This document shows, one piece after another, positions 19,401 to 29,049 of a stretch of DNA of 64,000 nucleotides. The stretch lies in assembly GCA_038245295.1 (NCBI GenBank), contig JBBRSP010000021.1, positions 1 to 64,000 on the forward strand, read 5' to 3'. Within the stretch, counting starts at the first letter, position 1. Each line of letters starts with the position of its first letter. The notes under the pieces are model-generated. The model did not search any database. It was not told the DNA's origin and saw nothing but the letters and a program-made list of their open reading frames with translations. The translations under genes were made by a program, and so were the position numbers. This DNA comes from Candidatus Binatia bacterium. GTDB lineage: Bacteria; Desulfobacterota; Binatia; HRBIN30.

Positions 19401-21546
19401 GCGCAATGCGCCACCCAACCCGGCGAACTACGCCCAAAGGTCGGGACGCGCGGGACGCAGTGGTCAAGGCGCCTTGGTGTTCACGTACTGCTCGGGTTAT
19501 TCGCCGCACGATCGGCACTACTTCCAACATCAGGCCGAATTGGTCGCTGGCACGGTACAGGCGCCGCGGTTGGACCTTTTCAACCGAGAGCTGCTGCTGA
19601 CGCACTTGAACGCACTCACGGTGTCGGAGATCTCCATGCCGGGGCTCGACGAGAAGGATGGGGCGAAGGCCTCATTGATGCGGCTCGTCGTCGACGACAA
19701 CGACGCGATGCCGTTGGCGTCGGAAGTGCGAGCCGGCCTCGCCATACCGAGCGGCAAGCTCGGCGAACTCAAGGCGATGTTTGCTCGCGTGATTCGCGAC
19801 ATCGAACCCGAGCTGCCCTCGAAGGGATCTGGTTGGTACTCGAGCGAGTGGGCCGAGTACAATCTGAGCAAATTGGCCGACCATCTCGATGACGCGTTAG
19901 GGCGCTGGCGACGGCTCTATCGATCTGCCCGGGGGATCCTGACCCAGGCGACGCAGAAGATCGAAAGCGGCACACTGAACCTCACAAGCGAAGAGTATCG
20001 AAAACATAAGCGCAGCCAGGACCAAGCGACACGGCAACTCGACCTTCTCCGCAACACGGTCACAGGGAAATCTGCCGAGCTGTCCGAGTTCTATCCCTAC
20101 CGGTATCTGGCGGCCGAAGGGTTCCTGCCAGGGTACAACTTCACTCGGCTCCCGGTGCGGATCTTCGTGCCGAGCGGCAAGTCATCTGGCGATTTCATCT
20201 CGCGGCCGCGCAACATCGCTCTGCGCGAGTTCGGGCCGTTGAACATCATCTACTACAACGGGTCGAAGTATCGCGTCTGCCAGTTGGTCGTGCAGGACGC
20301 CGACTCGAGCTTGACCGAGGCTCGGGTGAGTACTCGTGCCGGATACTACCTGGGCGCGGACCAGAAGCATTTGGAGATCTGCCCCTTCAGCGGTCTCAGT
20401 CTCGCCGACAACGCGAATACCGAGCATCTGCACGATCTGCTGGAGATGGCCGAGTCGCGTGCCGAGGAAGTCGATCGTATCTCTTGCGAAGAGGAAGAGC
20501 GTTTATCACGCGGCTACGAGGTGAAGACCTACTTCTCGGTCGACGGCGCCGACTTCGGGCGCATTCACAAGGCGGTTGCGCGCACGTCGGAAACGGCGAT
20601 GCTCAACCTGCGCTACATTCCGGCGGCTCGCCTTGTTCACGTGAACGAACAGTGGCGTTCACAGCAGTCGAAGGGATTTCCTATCGGGTTGGTCTCGGGC
20701 GATTGGCGCAGCTCTATGCCCGATCAAAACAAAGTGAACGAGCCGTTCCGCTTGGTGAAGCTGTGGACGTCGAATCTGGCGGACGCGCTCTATGTCGAAC
20801 CGATCGAGGCGCTCGGCTTGGCGGCTGATGGTGTCATTACGTTGCAGCACGCCCTGAAGCGCGCCATCGAGCGTGTCTTCGAAGTGGAACCGAACGAAAT
20901 CGGTGTTGTGGCGATCGGCGATAAGGACGCGCCCAACATCCTGTTGTACGAAGCTGCCGAGGGCAGCCTGGGCATCCTTGGCCAGTTCGTCGAACGCGTC
21001 GAAGTGTTCCACCGAGTCGTTGAAGAAGCCATCGCCCTGTGTCGGTTCGACGACGACACGTACAAAGGACCGGCCAGCTACGACGATCTCCTGAGCTACT
21101 ACAATCAGCGTGACCACAAGGTCATCGATCGCCACTTGATCAAGGACGCGCTGGAAAAGCTCAGCATCTGTGGGATCGAGATCCAAGCGAACTCGGCTTT
21201 CAAGGGTTACGAGGAACACTACGAAGCCATGCTGCGTGGCCTCGATCCGAGTTCATCAACGGAGCGGACCTTTCTCCAACATCTATATCGCAACGGCCTG
21301 CGCCTGCCCGACGCTGCGCAGAAACGTGTCGACGGTCTCTATGTTCAACCGGACTTCTACTACGAGCCACGCGTCTGGATCTTCTGTGACGGAACTCCGC
21401 ATGATGATCCCGCAGCACAGCGGGACGATGAAGCGAAGCGCCAAGCGATCATCGCCCGCGGCGACGAGGTATGGGTCTTTCACTACAAGGATAATCTGGC
21501 TGAGAAGGTCGCAGCGCGCTCCGATATTTTCCGGCGAGTTAGATAA
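16429..21546 (+). CDS. Large DExH helicase with DUF1998-type region and C-terminal Vsr/DUF559-like nuclease (YprA/DruE-like)
   Basis: 'SGTGSGKS', 'DELH', 'TSAT', 'FTDNRQDA', 'TMELGVDIG', 'YAQRSGRAGR', 'EAAEGSLG...LLSYYNQ', 'PDFYY...IFCDGTPH'. Confidence 0.92.
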   Translation: MMNVFQTHSKVIDDYGSYIRSFLNIADPRIRDVAEGELNKGKLWPEPLLQFNPSFEMAGTVESLCRAGTLHREIADIFKGYSLYRHQAEAIRLGTAGKDFIVTSGTGSGKSLTYIGSIFHHLLSNPRATGVAALVVYPMNALINSQFKEFTDYKKNFETATGTPFPISFGQYTGQEKEVLREGMRQEPPQVLLTNYMMLELLLTRTRERSIRDAIYSNLRFMVFDELHTYRGRQGADVAMLMRRIRARCAQEVVCIGTSATMVSVGSAASQRAQVARVATTLFGRPFAVDQVINETLTRSLAFSSALPAPADLATAIQKGVDPDADVALLKTHPVAIWLENQIALGDSDGVLIRRKPQRVGEIVAALAAASGASEDGCRKFLVDLLQWISAVNKRLQDGGQRYTILPFKLHQFISQTGSVYTTLDQDDNRFITLEPGVFKHDEEQKKPIFPNVFSRASGHPFICVARFGDRLEPREFRESSDDDGNATDGYLFVGDDLWDAQDDLEFLPDAWVRRTKKGVVPDSKKKEFFPIKLYFDELGNCSETEPLKWWGWFMKAPLLFDPTGGVFYDTKTNEGTKLTKLGSEGRSTSTTITAFSILNQLSDAGYSVRDQKLLSFTDNRQDAALQAGHFNDFVQVVRLRAGIHRALAQAPGRTLTYATIGEAVFNALALPFLEFANRKEDSTFPHVRREFEECLQTFLAYRVIADLRRSWRIVLPNLEQCGLLQVAYADLAETAATDSAWQNMPLVDQLSHADRAEFLSTILDFFRLEFAIHSENYLTQSKIKENEKRFRELLRPPWTLDRNEELRDPYYVRYEPLHSSTRLFSKSMGPASSLGKFIKLYVKQRGLTIDLKGDRYRTFILALMAKLEDANYLVSRTARSADGPDTPIFRLRLDKIIWRLGDGETVKADFVKRRSYKDQSPRPNIFFRDMYRRDFATTKRLRGEDHTGALGVDDRIEREEGFRQGKISALFCSPTMELGVDIGGLNVVHLRNAPPNPANYAQRSGRAGRSGQGALVFTYCSGYSPHDRHYFQHQAELVAGTVQAPRLDLFNRELLLTHLNALTVSEISMPGLDEKDGAKASLMRLVVDDNDAMPLASEVRAGLAIPSGKLGELKAMFARVIRDIEPELPSKGSGWYSSEWAEYNLSKLADHLDDALGRWRRLYRSARGILTQATQKIESGTLNLTSEEYRKHKRSQDQATRQLDLLRNTVTGKSAELSEFYPYRYLAAEGFLPGYNFTRLPVRIFVPSGKSSGDFISRPRNIALREFGPLNIIYYNGSKYRVCQLVVQDADSSLTEARVSTRAGYYLGADQKHLEICPFSGLSLADNANTEHLHDLLEMAESRAEEVDRISCEEEERLSRGYEVKTYFSVDGADFGRIHKAVARTSETAMLNLRYIPAARLVHVNEQWRSQQSKGFPIGLVSGDWRSSMPDQNKVNEPFRLVKLWTSNLADALYVEPIEALGLAADGVITLQHALKRAIERVFEVEPNEIGVVAIGDKDAPNILLYEAAEGSLGILGQFVERVEVFHRVVEEAIALCRFDDDTYKGPASYDDLLSYYNQRDHKVIDRHLIKDALEKLSICGIEIQANSAFKGYEEHYEAMLRGLDPSSSTERTFLQHLYRNGLRLPDAAQKRVDGLYVQPDFYYEPRVWIFCDGTPHDDPAAQRDDEAKRQAIIARGDEVWVFHYKDNLAEKVAARSDIFRRVR

Positions 21547-21569
21547 GGATCGGACCAAGGGAGGCAGCA

Positions 21570-22256
21570 TTGGCAAAGAAGAAAAGTGCTAGGAAGCGGC
21601 GGACATACCGTGAACTGTTCCTTGCACAGCTCACCGAGATGGCCGGAGGGGAACAACGTCTTGTTGGGAACAAGACGCTTCGCGAAGGGTTAGGGTGGGA
21701 TGAGTCGCGATACAATCGAACGAAGGGGCAGTTGTCTGACGAGAACCAGATAATCGTCGGTCGAGGCAAAGGGGGAAGCGTCGGTCTCGCCGCTGCCCCG
21801 GGCTCAAAAGCGCTGAGGTTGTTCGTCTCGTACTCGCATGCGGATGAGGCCGATAAGATTAGACTGCTTCAGCACCTTGAGCCGTTGAAACGGCTAAACC
21901 TCATCGACACCTGGAGTGATAGGAAATTGAAGCCCGGGGATGACTGGGAAGAGAGCATCTCCAGGAAACTCGAAGAGGCCGACATCATTCTTCTCCTGGT
22001 GAGTATCGACTTTATCACCTCAAAGTATTGCTACGACGTTGAACTTGAACGCGCTCTAGAATTGCACTCCGAGAAGAAGGCTGTAGTCGTGCCGATCATC
22101 ATCAAGAATTGTCTCTGGCAGCACACCCCATTCTCGAAGCTCCAGGCGTTGCCGAAGGACGGTAAGGCGGTCGCTGCATGGTCGGACCGCGACGAGGCGT
22201 TAACTAGCATCGCCGAAGGAATCCGGGCTTTGGCGGAAGAGAGACTCAAGGATTAG
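21570..22256 (+). CDS. Winged-HTH-like domain fused to a TIR domain
   Basis: 'LFVSYSHAD', 'WSDRKLKPGDDW', 'ADIILLLVS.DF..S.YCYDVEL', 'LQALP.DGK'; TTG start after GGAGG. Confidence 0.9.
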   Translation: MAKKKSARKRRTYRELFLAQLTEMAGGEQRLVGNKTLREGLGWDESRYNRTKGQLSDENQIIVGRGKGGSVGLAAAPGSKALRLFVSYSHADEADKIRLLQHLEPLKRLNLIDTWSDRKLKPGDDWEESISRKLEEADIILLLVSIDFITSKYCYDVELERALELHSEKKAVVVPIIIKNCLWQHTPFSKLQALPKDGKAVAAWSDRDEALTSIAEGIRALAEERLKD

Positions 22257-22331
22257 CTTGTTCATCCAAATCCGCCGCTCGCAGCAGTTGAAAGCGCCAA
22301 ACATAGGGATGGCGTCGGACACGCCGGTGTC

Positions 22332-25205
22332 ATGACGGTTGCATTTCAACCCGGGAAGCTCGTTTCCCTACGCGGCCGTGAGTGGGTAGTCCTGCCCTCA
22401 GATGATCCGGACCTGTTGGTTGTGAAGCCACTGGGTGGCTCGGACGACGAGATCGCCGGAATCTATCTGCCCCTGCAAATCGAATCAGATCGGCCACAGG
22501 ATGCTCGGTTTGAACCGCCGACGACCACAGACCTCGGTGATGTCAGCACCGCAAGGCTGCTCTACGACTCGGCCCGCCTCGCATTTCGCAATGGCGCCGG
22601 TCCGTTTCGGGCGCTCGCCAAGCTGTCGTTTCGTCCGCGTGCGTACCAGATCGTTCCGTTGATCATGGCGTTGAGACAGGACGTCGTGCGGTTGCTCGTT
22701 GCTGACGACGTCGGCGTTGGCAAGACGATCGAGGCCCTACTCATCGTGCGAGAACTGCTCGAACGGCGCAAGATCAAACGCTTTGCCGTCGTGTGCCTGC
22801 CCCATCTCTGCGAGCAGTGGCAAGAAGAAATTCGCTCGAAGCTCGATATCGAGGCGGTAATCATTAGGTCGAACACCCAGGCACGTCTCGATCGGCAAAT
22901 TCAGGGAGACGCGAGCGTTTACGACTACTACCCCTATCAGATCGTCAGCATCGACTTCATCAAGTCGGATACCCGCCGCGCCGTCTTCATCGAGCAATGC
23001 CCAGAGCTGGTCATCGTCGATGAAACTCACACGTGCGCCCGCCCCGCTGGGGCTTCTGCGTCACAGCAGCAGCGCTACCTGCTAATCAGTCGGATTGCGG
23101 CAAAGCCAGCGCAACACCTGGTGATGCTGACCGCCACTCCGCACAGCGGTAAGCCCGAAGAGTTCCAATCCCTCTTGGGGCTTCTCAACCCTGAGTTCGA
23201 GAGCCTCGATCTTCCCACGTCCACCCAAGGCCAACGGCGTGCGCTGGCGGCCCATTTTGTCCAGCGCAAAAGGGCCGACGTCGAAAAGTGGATGGATGAG
23301 GACACGCCGTTCCCGAAGCGCGACTCGATCGAGTGGCCGTATGACTTGTCGCCCGGCTATGCAGCCTTCTTCGACGAGATTCTTGAGTTTGCGCGCAAAC
23401 TGGTCGTGCCCGACAGTACGAGCCAGCGACGCAAGCGCGTGCAGTACTGGACGGCGCTGGCGCTCCTTCGTGGGGTGATGTCGAGCCCCGGGGCCGGCGT
23501 GAAGATGCTCAACACTCGCCTCGATGCGCTGGGCGCCGCGGTGCCCGACCGTGACCTAACCGTAGGTGAGGAGTTGGAGTCTGACGCGGACAACCCCGTT
23601 CGCGATCTGGACTTCGGAGTTGAAGGCGACAATGCGCCAACACAGATCGTCGAGCGTGGCGATTGGACCGACCACCAACGCCGCCAGCTACGACAATTTG
23701 CGGCCCGCCTCGGGACACTGAGCGGCATCGAGCACGACCAAAAGCTCTTCGCGGCCGCCATCGTCCTGGAGGATTGGATCGGCCATGGCTTCAAGCCGGT
23801 CGTGTTCTGTCGCTACATCGAGACCGCTAACTACCTGGGCCAATATCTGGAACCTGCGCTGCGCAAGAAGTTCCCCAAGCTCAATCTGCGTGTCGTGACC
23901 AGCGAAGATCCCGATGATCTGCGCAAGCAGCGCATCGCCGAGATGGCCGGCGATAAACCGCGCGTTCTTGTCGCCACAGATTGCCTCAGCGAAGGGATCA
24001 ACCTCCAGGACTTGTTCACCGCGGTTCTCCACTACGATCTGCCCTGGAACCCCAACCGATTGGAACAACGCGAGGGACGGGTCGACCGTTTCGGCCAGAA
24101 GGCCCCCGAAGTGAAGACTTGTCTGCTTTACGGGGCCGACAACCCGATCGACGGGATTGTACTCGACGTGCTGCTCCGCAAGGTGCGCGAGATCAAGAAG
24201 GCGACGGGAATCAACGTCCCGTTCCCGGAAGATTCGCAAAGCATCATCGACACCATCACCCAGGCTCTGTTGCTGAACCCCAACCGGCGAATCGCGAGAA
24301 AGCGCGACACGCAACAGCAGATGGTCTTCGACTTCAGCAGTTTCCAAGAGGCGGCCGCTGCCAAGGCCACCATTACCCGCAAGATCGACGAAGCCGCCGA
24401 GCGTGAGAAAGTATCGCGCGGCATCTTCAGCCAGAATGCGATCAAGTCGCAGGAGATTGAGGAGGACCTGCGCTCCGTTGACGAGGCCATCGGCGACCCC
24501 AGGGCAGTGGAGAATTTCGTTTCCGCAGCGCTCACCAACCTCTTCGGTGTCCAGATCACCAAAGCACCAGCGGGCTATCAGATCGTTACTGGCAACTTGC
24601 CGCCGCAGCTTGTCGATCTCCTGCCGGTCGGTCCATTGGTCAAGGTAAGCTTCGAATCTCCAACCCCTGAGGGTTACCACTACCTTGGTCGCAATCATCG
24701 TTTCGTCGAGCAACTTTGCCAGCTCGTCATGGCAAACACGATCAACAGGCACGATAAGCGGGCCGCGCGTGCTGCCGTCATCCGCACACAGCAGGTCGAT
24801 CGCAAGACGACGTTGCTCCTCTTTCGCTGCCGCAACGTCATTGAGCAGAGTAAGGGTGGCCATCAGATAGTCGCCGAGGAGATGCTGCTCTGGGGTTGGC
24901 GCGGAACACCTGAGGAGCGCGAGTATCTAGAACACGCAGAGGCCAAGACTTTGCTGACGGCAGCGCGCGCATCGAGCAATCTCTCCGCACAAGCCATCGA
25001 TAGTTTTCTCGAAAACGAGCTGCGCCTGTTGGCTTCCTTCGGTTCTCAGTTCGACGTGATTGCCGAGGAGCAGGCAAAACGTTTGGTCGCAGCCCATGAG
25101 CGCTTCAGCTCCTTAATGGACAAGCAGCATTTCCAGGTTGTCTACCCAGTGCTGCCGATGGATTTGCTCGGAATCTACGTGCTTCTACCCGAGGGCGTAG
25201 CGTGA
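22332..25205 (+). CDS. SNF2-family helicase (DrmD-like)
   Basis: 'LLVADDVGVGKT', 'DETH', 'LTATPHSGK', 'SEGINLQ', 'PWNPNRLEQREGRVDR'. Confidence 0.93.
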   Translation: MTVAFQPGKLVSLRGREWVVLPSDDPDLLVVKPLGGSDDEIAGIYLPLQIESDRPQDARFEPPTTTDLGDVSTARLLYDSARLAFRNGAGPFRALAKLSFRPRAYQIVPLIMALRQDVVRLLVADDVGVGKTIEALLIVRELLERRKIKRFAVVCLPHLCEQWQEEIRSKLDIEAVIIRSNTQARLDRQIQGDASVYDYYPYQIVSIDFIKSDTRRAVFIEQCPELVIVDETHTCARPAGASASQQQRYLLISRIAAKPAQHLVMLTATPHSGKPEEFQSLLGLLNPEFESLDLPTSTQGQRRALAAHFVQRKRADVEKWMDEDTPFPKRDSIEWPYDLSPGYAAFFDEILEFARKLVVPDSTSQRRKRVQYWTALALLRGVMSSPGAGVKMLNTRLDALGAAVPDRDLTVGEELESDADNPVRDLDFGVEGDNAPTQIVERGDWTDHQRRQLRQFAARLGTLSGIEHDQKLFAAAIVLEDWIGHGFKPVVFCRYIETANYLGQYLEPALRKKFPKLNLRVVTSEDPDDLRKQRIAEMAGDKPRVLVATDCLSEGINLQDLFTAVLHYDLPWNPNRLEQREGRVDRFGQKAPEVKTCLLYGADNPIDGIVLDVLLRKVREIKKATGINVPFPEDSQSIIDTITQALLLNPNRRIARKRDTQQQMVFDFSSFQEAAAAKATITRKIDEAAEREKVSRGIFSQNAIKSQEIEEDLRSVDEAIGDPRAVENFVSAALTNLFGVQITKAPAGYQIVTGNLPPQLVDLLPVGPLVKVSFESPTPEGYHYLGRNHRFVEQLCQLVMANTINRHDKRAARAAVIRTQQVDRKTTLLLFRCRNVIEQSKGGHQIVAEEMLLWGWRGTPEEREYLEHAEAKTLLTAARASSNLSAQAIDSFLENELRLLASFGSQFDVIAEEQAKRLVAAHERFSSLMDKQHFQVVYPVLPMDLLGIYVLLPEGVA

Positions 25206-28200
25206 ACTACCCGAGTATCCGCATCGAGGGGGCGATCCTGTCCCCCGACATCCTGGATCGCATCGATGATCTCCCCGGCCAGAAGCCCGGTGATTTCGGG
25301 TTCGAGTCGTCCGTCAGGGTGAAGGATGAGATTGCCCGTGCCTGGGCCGATGCTCAGGATTACTGGCGCATCTTCCAACGCAAGCTCGAAACCCTGAAGC
25401 CGGACTCGCCCGCCACCACCGAAACACGCCAACAGTGGGTCGGACCGCTGCTCGGCGTTCTCGGATACCAGATCGAGTACCAGGCGCGCGGCGTTGAGTT
25501 GAACGGCAAGCTGTACAGCATCTCGCATCGCGCCACCAACCGGGCTCAGGCACCTGTGCAGATCGTTGGCTACCGTGAACCGGCAGGCCTCGATCGCAAA
25601 CCCGAGCGCAGCAATGTGCGCATGTCGGCGCACGGCGTCGTCCAGGAGTTCATCAACCTGAACGAGCAGTTGTATGGCCTTGCCACGAATGGCCGCATCT
25701 TACGCCTGCTGCGAGACAGCTCACGGCTGATCAAGCTGAGCTACCTGGAGTTCGACCTCGACCGCATCTTCACCGACGGTCTGTTCGCCGACTTCGCCAT
25801 TCTCTACCGGTTGCTCCACGCAACCCGCCTGCCCCTCACCAACGAAGCCGCCACCGAGAGCTGGATCGAGCGATACCACCAAGACTCGCTAGATGCGGGC
25901 GCGCGCATTCGCGACGGACTCAGTAGCGCGGTCGAGAAGGCGATCCGTGAGTTTGGAAACGGCTTCCTGGCGCATCCGGCGAACGATGTGTTGCGTCACG
26001 CGGTCGAGAGCCAGGCGCTGTCAGCGGAGGATTACTACAAGCAGCTCCTGCGGCTCATTTACCGACTGCTCTTCCTGATGGTGATCGAGGAGCGCGATCT
26101 CGTATTTCCGTCGCAGGCAAGCCCCGCACAGCGTGACATCTATCGTCGCTTCTACAGCGTGCTGCGCTTACGGCTGCTGTCGGAGAAGCGTTACCTGGCC
26201 GAATATCGCCGACACGACCTGTGGCTGGCCCTCGTCGCGACATTTCGACTCTTCGAAGCCGACGGCCCAGGCGACAGACTTGGGCTGGCTCCCCTCGCCG
26301 GCGATCTATTCGGACACGCAGCCCTCGGGCGGCTTGTTGACTGTAACCTCGGCAACGATGTTCTTCTCGGCTGCCTGCGTGCGCTGAGCCTCTACGAGCA
26401 TCCGGAAAACGGCCAGGTGATCCGAGTGAACTACGCGGCGTTGAACGTCGAGGAGTTCGGTTCGGTCTACGAAGGCTTGCTCAAGTACCAGCCAGCATTT
26501 CAGACCGAAGGCGGCAGTTGGGCGCTGGTTTTGGCTCCTGGCGCAGATGACACACAGAGCCACTACACCGACGACGACCTGGTTCAGCCTCTCATCAAGC
26601 ATTCGCTCGACTACCTCATCGCCGACCGGTTGAAGGCTCAACACCCTGAGGCGGCCCTGTTGGATCTACGCGTCGCCGATATCGCGTGTGGCTCGGGCCA
26701 CATACTCCTGGCTGCGGCGCGCCGCATCGCCACCGAGCTGGCTGTGGTGCGTACAGGCGAAGAACAGCCCTCCCCCTCGGCATACCGCACGGCACTGCGC
26801 GACGTGATTCGCACCTGTATCTATGGCGTCGACCTCAATCCGCTGGCCGTCGAGCTGTGCAAGGTTGCCCTCTGGCTGGAAGCTCACAACCCGGGGCAGC
26901 CACTCAACTTCCTCGACCACCATATCAAGTGCGGCAACGCCATCGTCGGCTTCGTTCGCCGCGAAGATGTGGATCGTGGCGTACCCGACGAAGCGTTCGC
27001 CACGATGCCCGGCGACGACAAAGAAGTTGCGGCACGCTGGCGCAAGAAGAACAAAAAGGATCGCAAGGATCACGAGACCAAGCAGTTGCCCTTGGCGGCA
27101 ACCATCCAACGGCAGCTCGATGGCATCCTTACGCAATGGAACTCGCTCTCTGTTCTGCCGGAACGAACGCCGGCCGAGATTGAGGACAAGAAGGAACGCT
27201 TCGTCGCCTTTTCCGAAAGCCGCGACGCTTGGCTCCTCAACCAAATTGCCGACATCCCGATCGCACAGTTCTACATCCCGAAGACACCAGAGAACGAGCG
27301 CAAGCTCATCGGCGATGAGCAGTTCCGCCGCTACTGGACCGCTGGCCAGACGCCCCAAGGGGAGGCCACCGCCATGGCGTGGGCGACCGCGCACGAGAAG
27401 CGGTTCTTCCACTGGTTCCTTGAGTTCCCCGACATTGTCGCGCGCGGCGGGTTCGACTGCATCCTGGGAAATCCTCCGTACCTCGGAGGGCAAGGACTCA
27501 GCGGTACGTATGGCTACCGGTTCTGTGGTTACGTGAGGTCGGAATATGCGCCATCTGGCCTAAGCGATCTCGTCGTCTACTTCGTACGGCGCATCTTCGG
27601 ATTGCTCAAGCACGGCGGGTTCACCGCCTTCATCACTACGAACTCGATCAAGGATGGCACCATACGTGAAGACGGCCTCGAACAAGTCGTCGCGCAGGGT
27701 GGCGAGGTTAACATGGCCGTACGGGCGATTAGGTGGCCGGGGCGCGCTAATCTAGTTGTGTCGTTGCTTTCCATTCACAAGGGGCACTTCATCGGTCGTA
27801 GGTTTCTAGACGGCTGCGAGGTAGCTGCCATCAGTGCATTCCTAGAAGATTCTCAAGACGAGATTGCGCCGACTGCCATCAGTGAAAACGCGCGAAAGAT
27901 GTACCAGGGCTCGATTTTTCGAGGTGACGGATTTCTGCTGTCGCACGATCAGGCGGACGCCTTGGTCGGCGAAGATCATCGCAACGTGGAGGTGATCCGC
28001 CGCGTCATGAATGGATCTGAACTCAATGGCGTACCTGATCAAAGCCCGCAGAGGAGTACGATAGACTTCTTCGATATGTCGGAGGCTCGAGCGCGCGAAT
28101 ACACTGCGCCCTTTGAACGAGTGGAACGATTGGTGAAGCCGGTTCGCATGAACCTCGATCCTTCGACGGCGATAAATCGGGATCACCGAGAGCGCTGGTG

Positions 28201-28957
28201 GCAATACGCGTTCGTGCGCGAGAGCCTCTATAGGGCTATTCGCTCGCTCCCCCGTTGCTTCGTCGCGGCACGAGTGACGAAGTATCTCAACTTTTCTGCC
28301 GCATCGACCATGCATATGTACCTCGATACGATATACGTGTTCACAACGGATCGCTGGGATCTGTACTCAGTCGTGCAGTCGACGCTGCACGAGGTCTGGG
28401 CGCGCAAGTACAGCGGAGCATTGAAGCAAGATCTACGCTACTCGCCGTCGAAGTGCTTCGATACCTTTACCTTCCCTGAAGGCCTTTGGAAGACGCCAAA
28501 CCCTGCGCTCGCGGAGATTGGCGAGCGTTACCATGAGCACCGCACTTACCTGATGTTGTTGCTCTGGCTCGGTCTCACCGACATCTACAACCTTCTTCAC
28601 GCCCGCGACGTTTCGCCCGCGAAAGTCGCCAAAGTGAGCAAGAAGACAGACGCTGAAGCCGAGCGCGGGTACCAAGGGCTCCTCGAATTGCGCGGTCTGC
28701 ACCGCGAACTCGACCTCGCTGTCCGCGATGCGTACGGCTGGCAGAGCCTAGATCTTCGCCACGACTTCCACGAGGTCGACATCCTCCCTGAGAACGACCG
28801 GGTCCGTTATACGATCAGCCCTTCCGCACGAAGGGATGTCCTTTCCCGCCTGCTGGCTCTGAACCGAGAGCGCTCAGTAGGTAAGGACCTCATACGACCC
28901 AAGGGAAAGACGCCGGGGAATGTTCATAAAAACAATCAGGGTGACTTGTTCCTGTGA
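25202..28957 (+). CDS. Large N6-adenine DNA methyltransferase (type IIG / DrmMI-like) with MmeI-like target-recognition region
   Basis: Motif I 'DIACGSG', motif IV 'GNPPY', 'FHWFLEFP', 'RWWQY', 'YSPSKCFDTFTFP'; overlaps the SNF2 stop. Confidence 0.93.
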   Translation: MNYPSIRIEGAILSPDILDRIDDLPGQKPGDFGFESSVRVKDEIARAWADAQDYWRIFQRKLETLKPDSPATTETRQQWVGPLLGVLGYQIEYQARGVELNGKLYSISHRATNRAQAPVQIVGYREPAGLDRKPERSNVRMSAHGVVQEFINLNEQLYGLATNGRILRLLRDSSRLIKLSYLEFDLDRIFTDGLFADFAILYRLLHATRLPLTNEAATESWIERYHQDSLDAGARIRDGLSSAVEKAIREFGNGFLAHPANDVLRHAVESQALSAEDYYKQLLRLIYRLLFLMVIEERDLVFPSQASPAQRDIYRRFYSVLRLRLLSEKRYLAEYRRHDLWLALVATFRLFEADGPGDRLGLAPLAGDLFGHAALGRLVDCNLGNDVLLGCLRALSLYEHPENGQVIRVNYAALNVEEFGSVYEGLLKYQPAFQTEGGSWALVLAPGADDTQSHYTDDDLVQPLIKHSLDYLIADRLKAQHPEAALLDLRVADIACGSGHILLAAARRIATELAVVRTGEEQPSPSAYRTALRDVIRTCIYGVDLNPLAVELCKVALWLEAHNPGQPLNFLDHHIKCGNAIVGFVRREDVDRGVPDEAFATMPGDDKEVAARWRKKNKKDRKDHETKQLPLAATIQRQLDGILTQWNSLSVLPERTPAEIEDKKERFVAFSESRDAWLLNQIADIPIAQFYIPKTPENERKLIGDEQFRRYWTAGQTPQGEATAMAWATAHEKRFFHWFLEFPDIVARGGFDCILGNPPYLGGQGLSGTYGYRFCGYVRSEYAPSGLSDLVVYFVRRIFGLLKHGGFTAFITTNSIKDGTIREDGLEQVVAQGGEVNMAVRAIRWPGRANLVVSLLSIHKGHFIGRRFLDGCEVAAISAFLEDSQDEIAPTAISENARKMYQGSIFRGDGFLLSHDQADALVGEDHRNVEVIRRVMNGSELNGVPDQSPQRSTIDFFDMSEARAREYTAPFERVERLVKPVRMNLDPSTAINRDHRERWWQYAFVRESLYRAIRSLPRCFVAARVTKYLNFSAASTMHMYLDTIYVFTTDRWDLYSVVQSTLHEVWARKYSGALKQDLRYSPSKCFDTFTFPEGLWKTPNPALAEIGERYHEHRTYLMLLLWLGLTDIYNLLHARDVSPAKVAKVSKKTDAEAERGYQGLLELRGLHRELDLAVRDAYGWQSLDLRHDFHEVDILPENDRVRYTISPSARRDVLSRLLALNRERSVGKDLIRPKGKTPGNVHKNNQGDLFL

Positions 28958-29049
28958 CATTCTTGCATGACTGAACTTGCTTATCCCTCCGCCTTCCGAG
29001 ACTGTGCAGGACCTGGATCCAAGAGGGCATTAGAAATCACGAGGATCTT

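Noticed and set aside
13843..22256. Canonical Thoeris
   Set aside because: The SIR2 protein lacks a recognisable SLOG/Macro domain, and the TIR gene lies over 6 kb away inside another cluster
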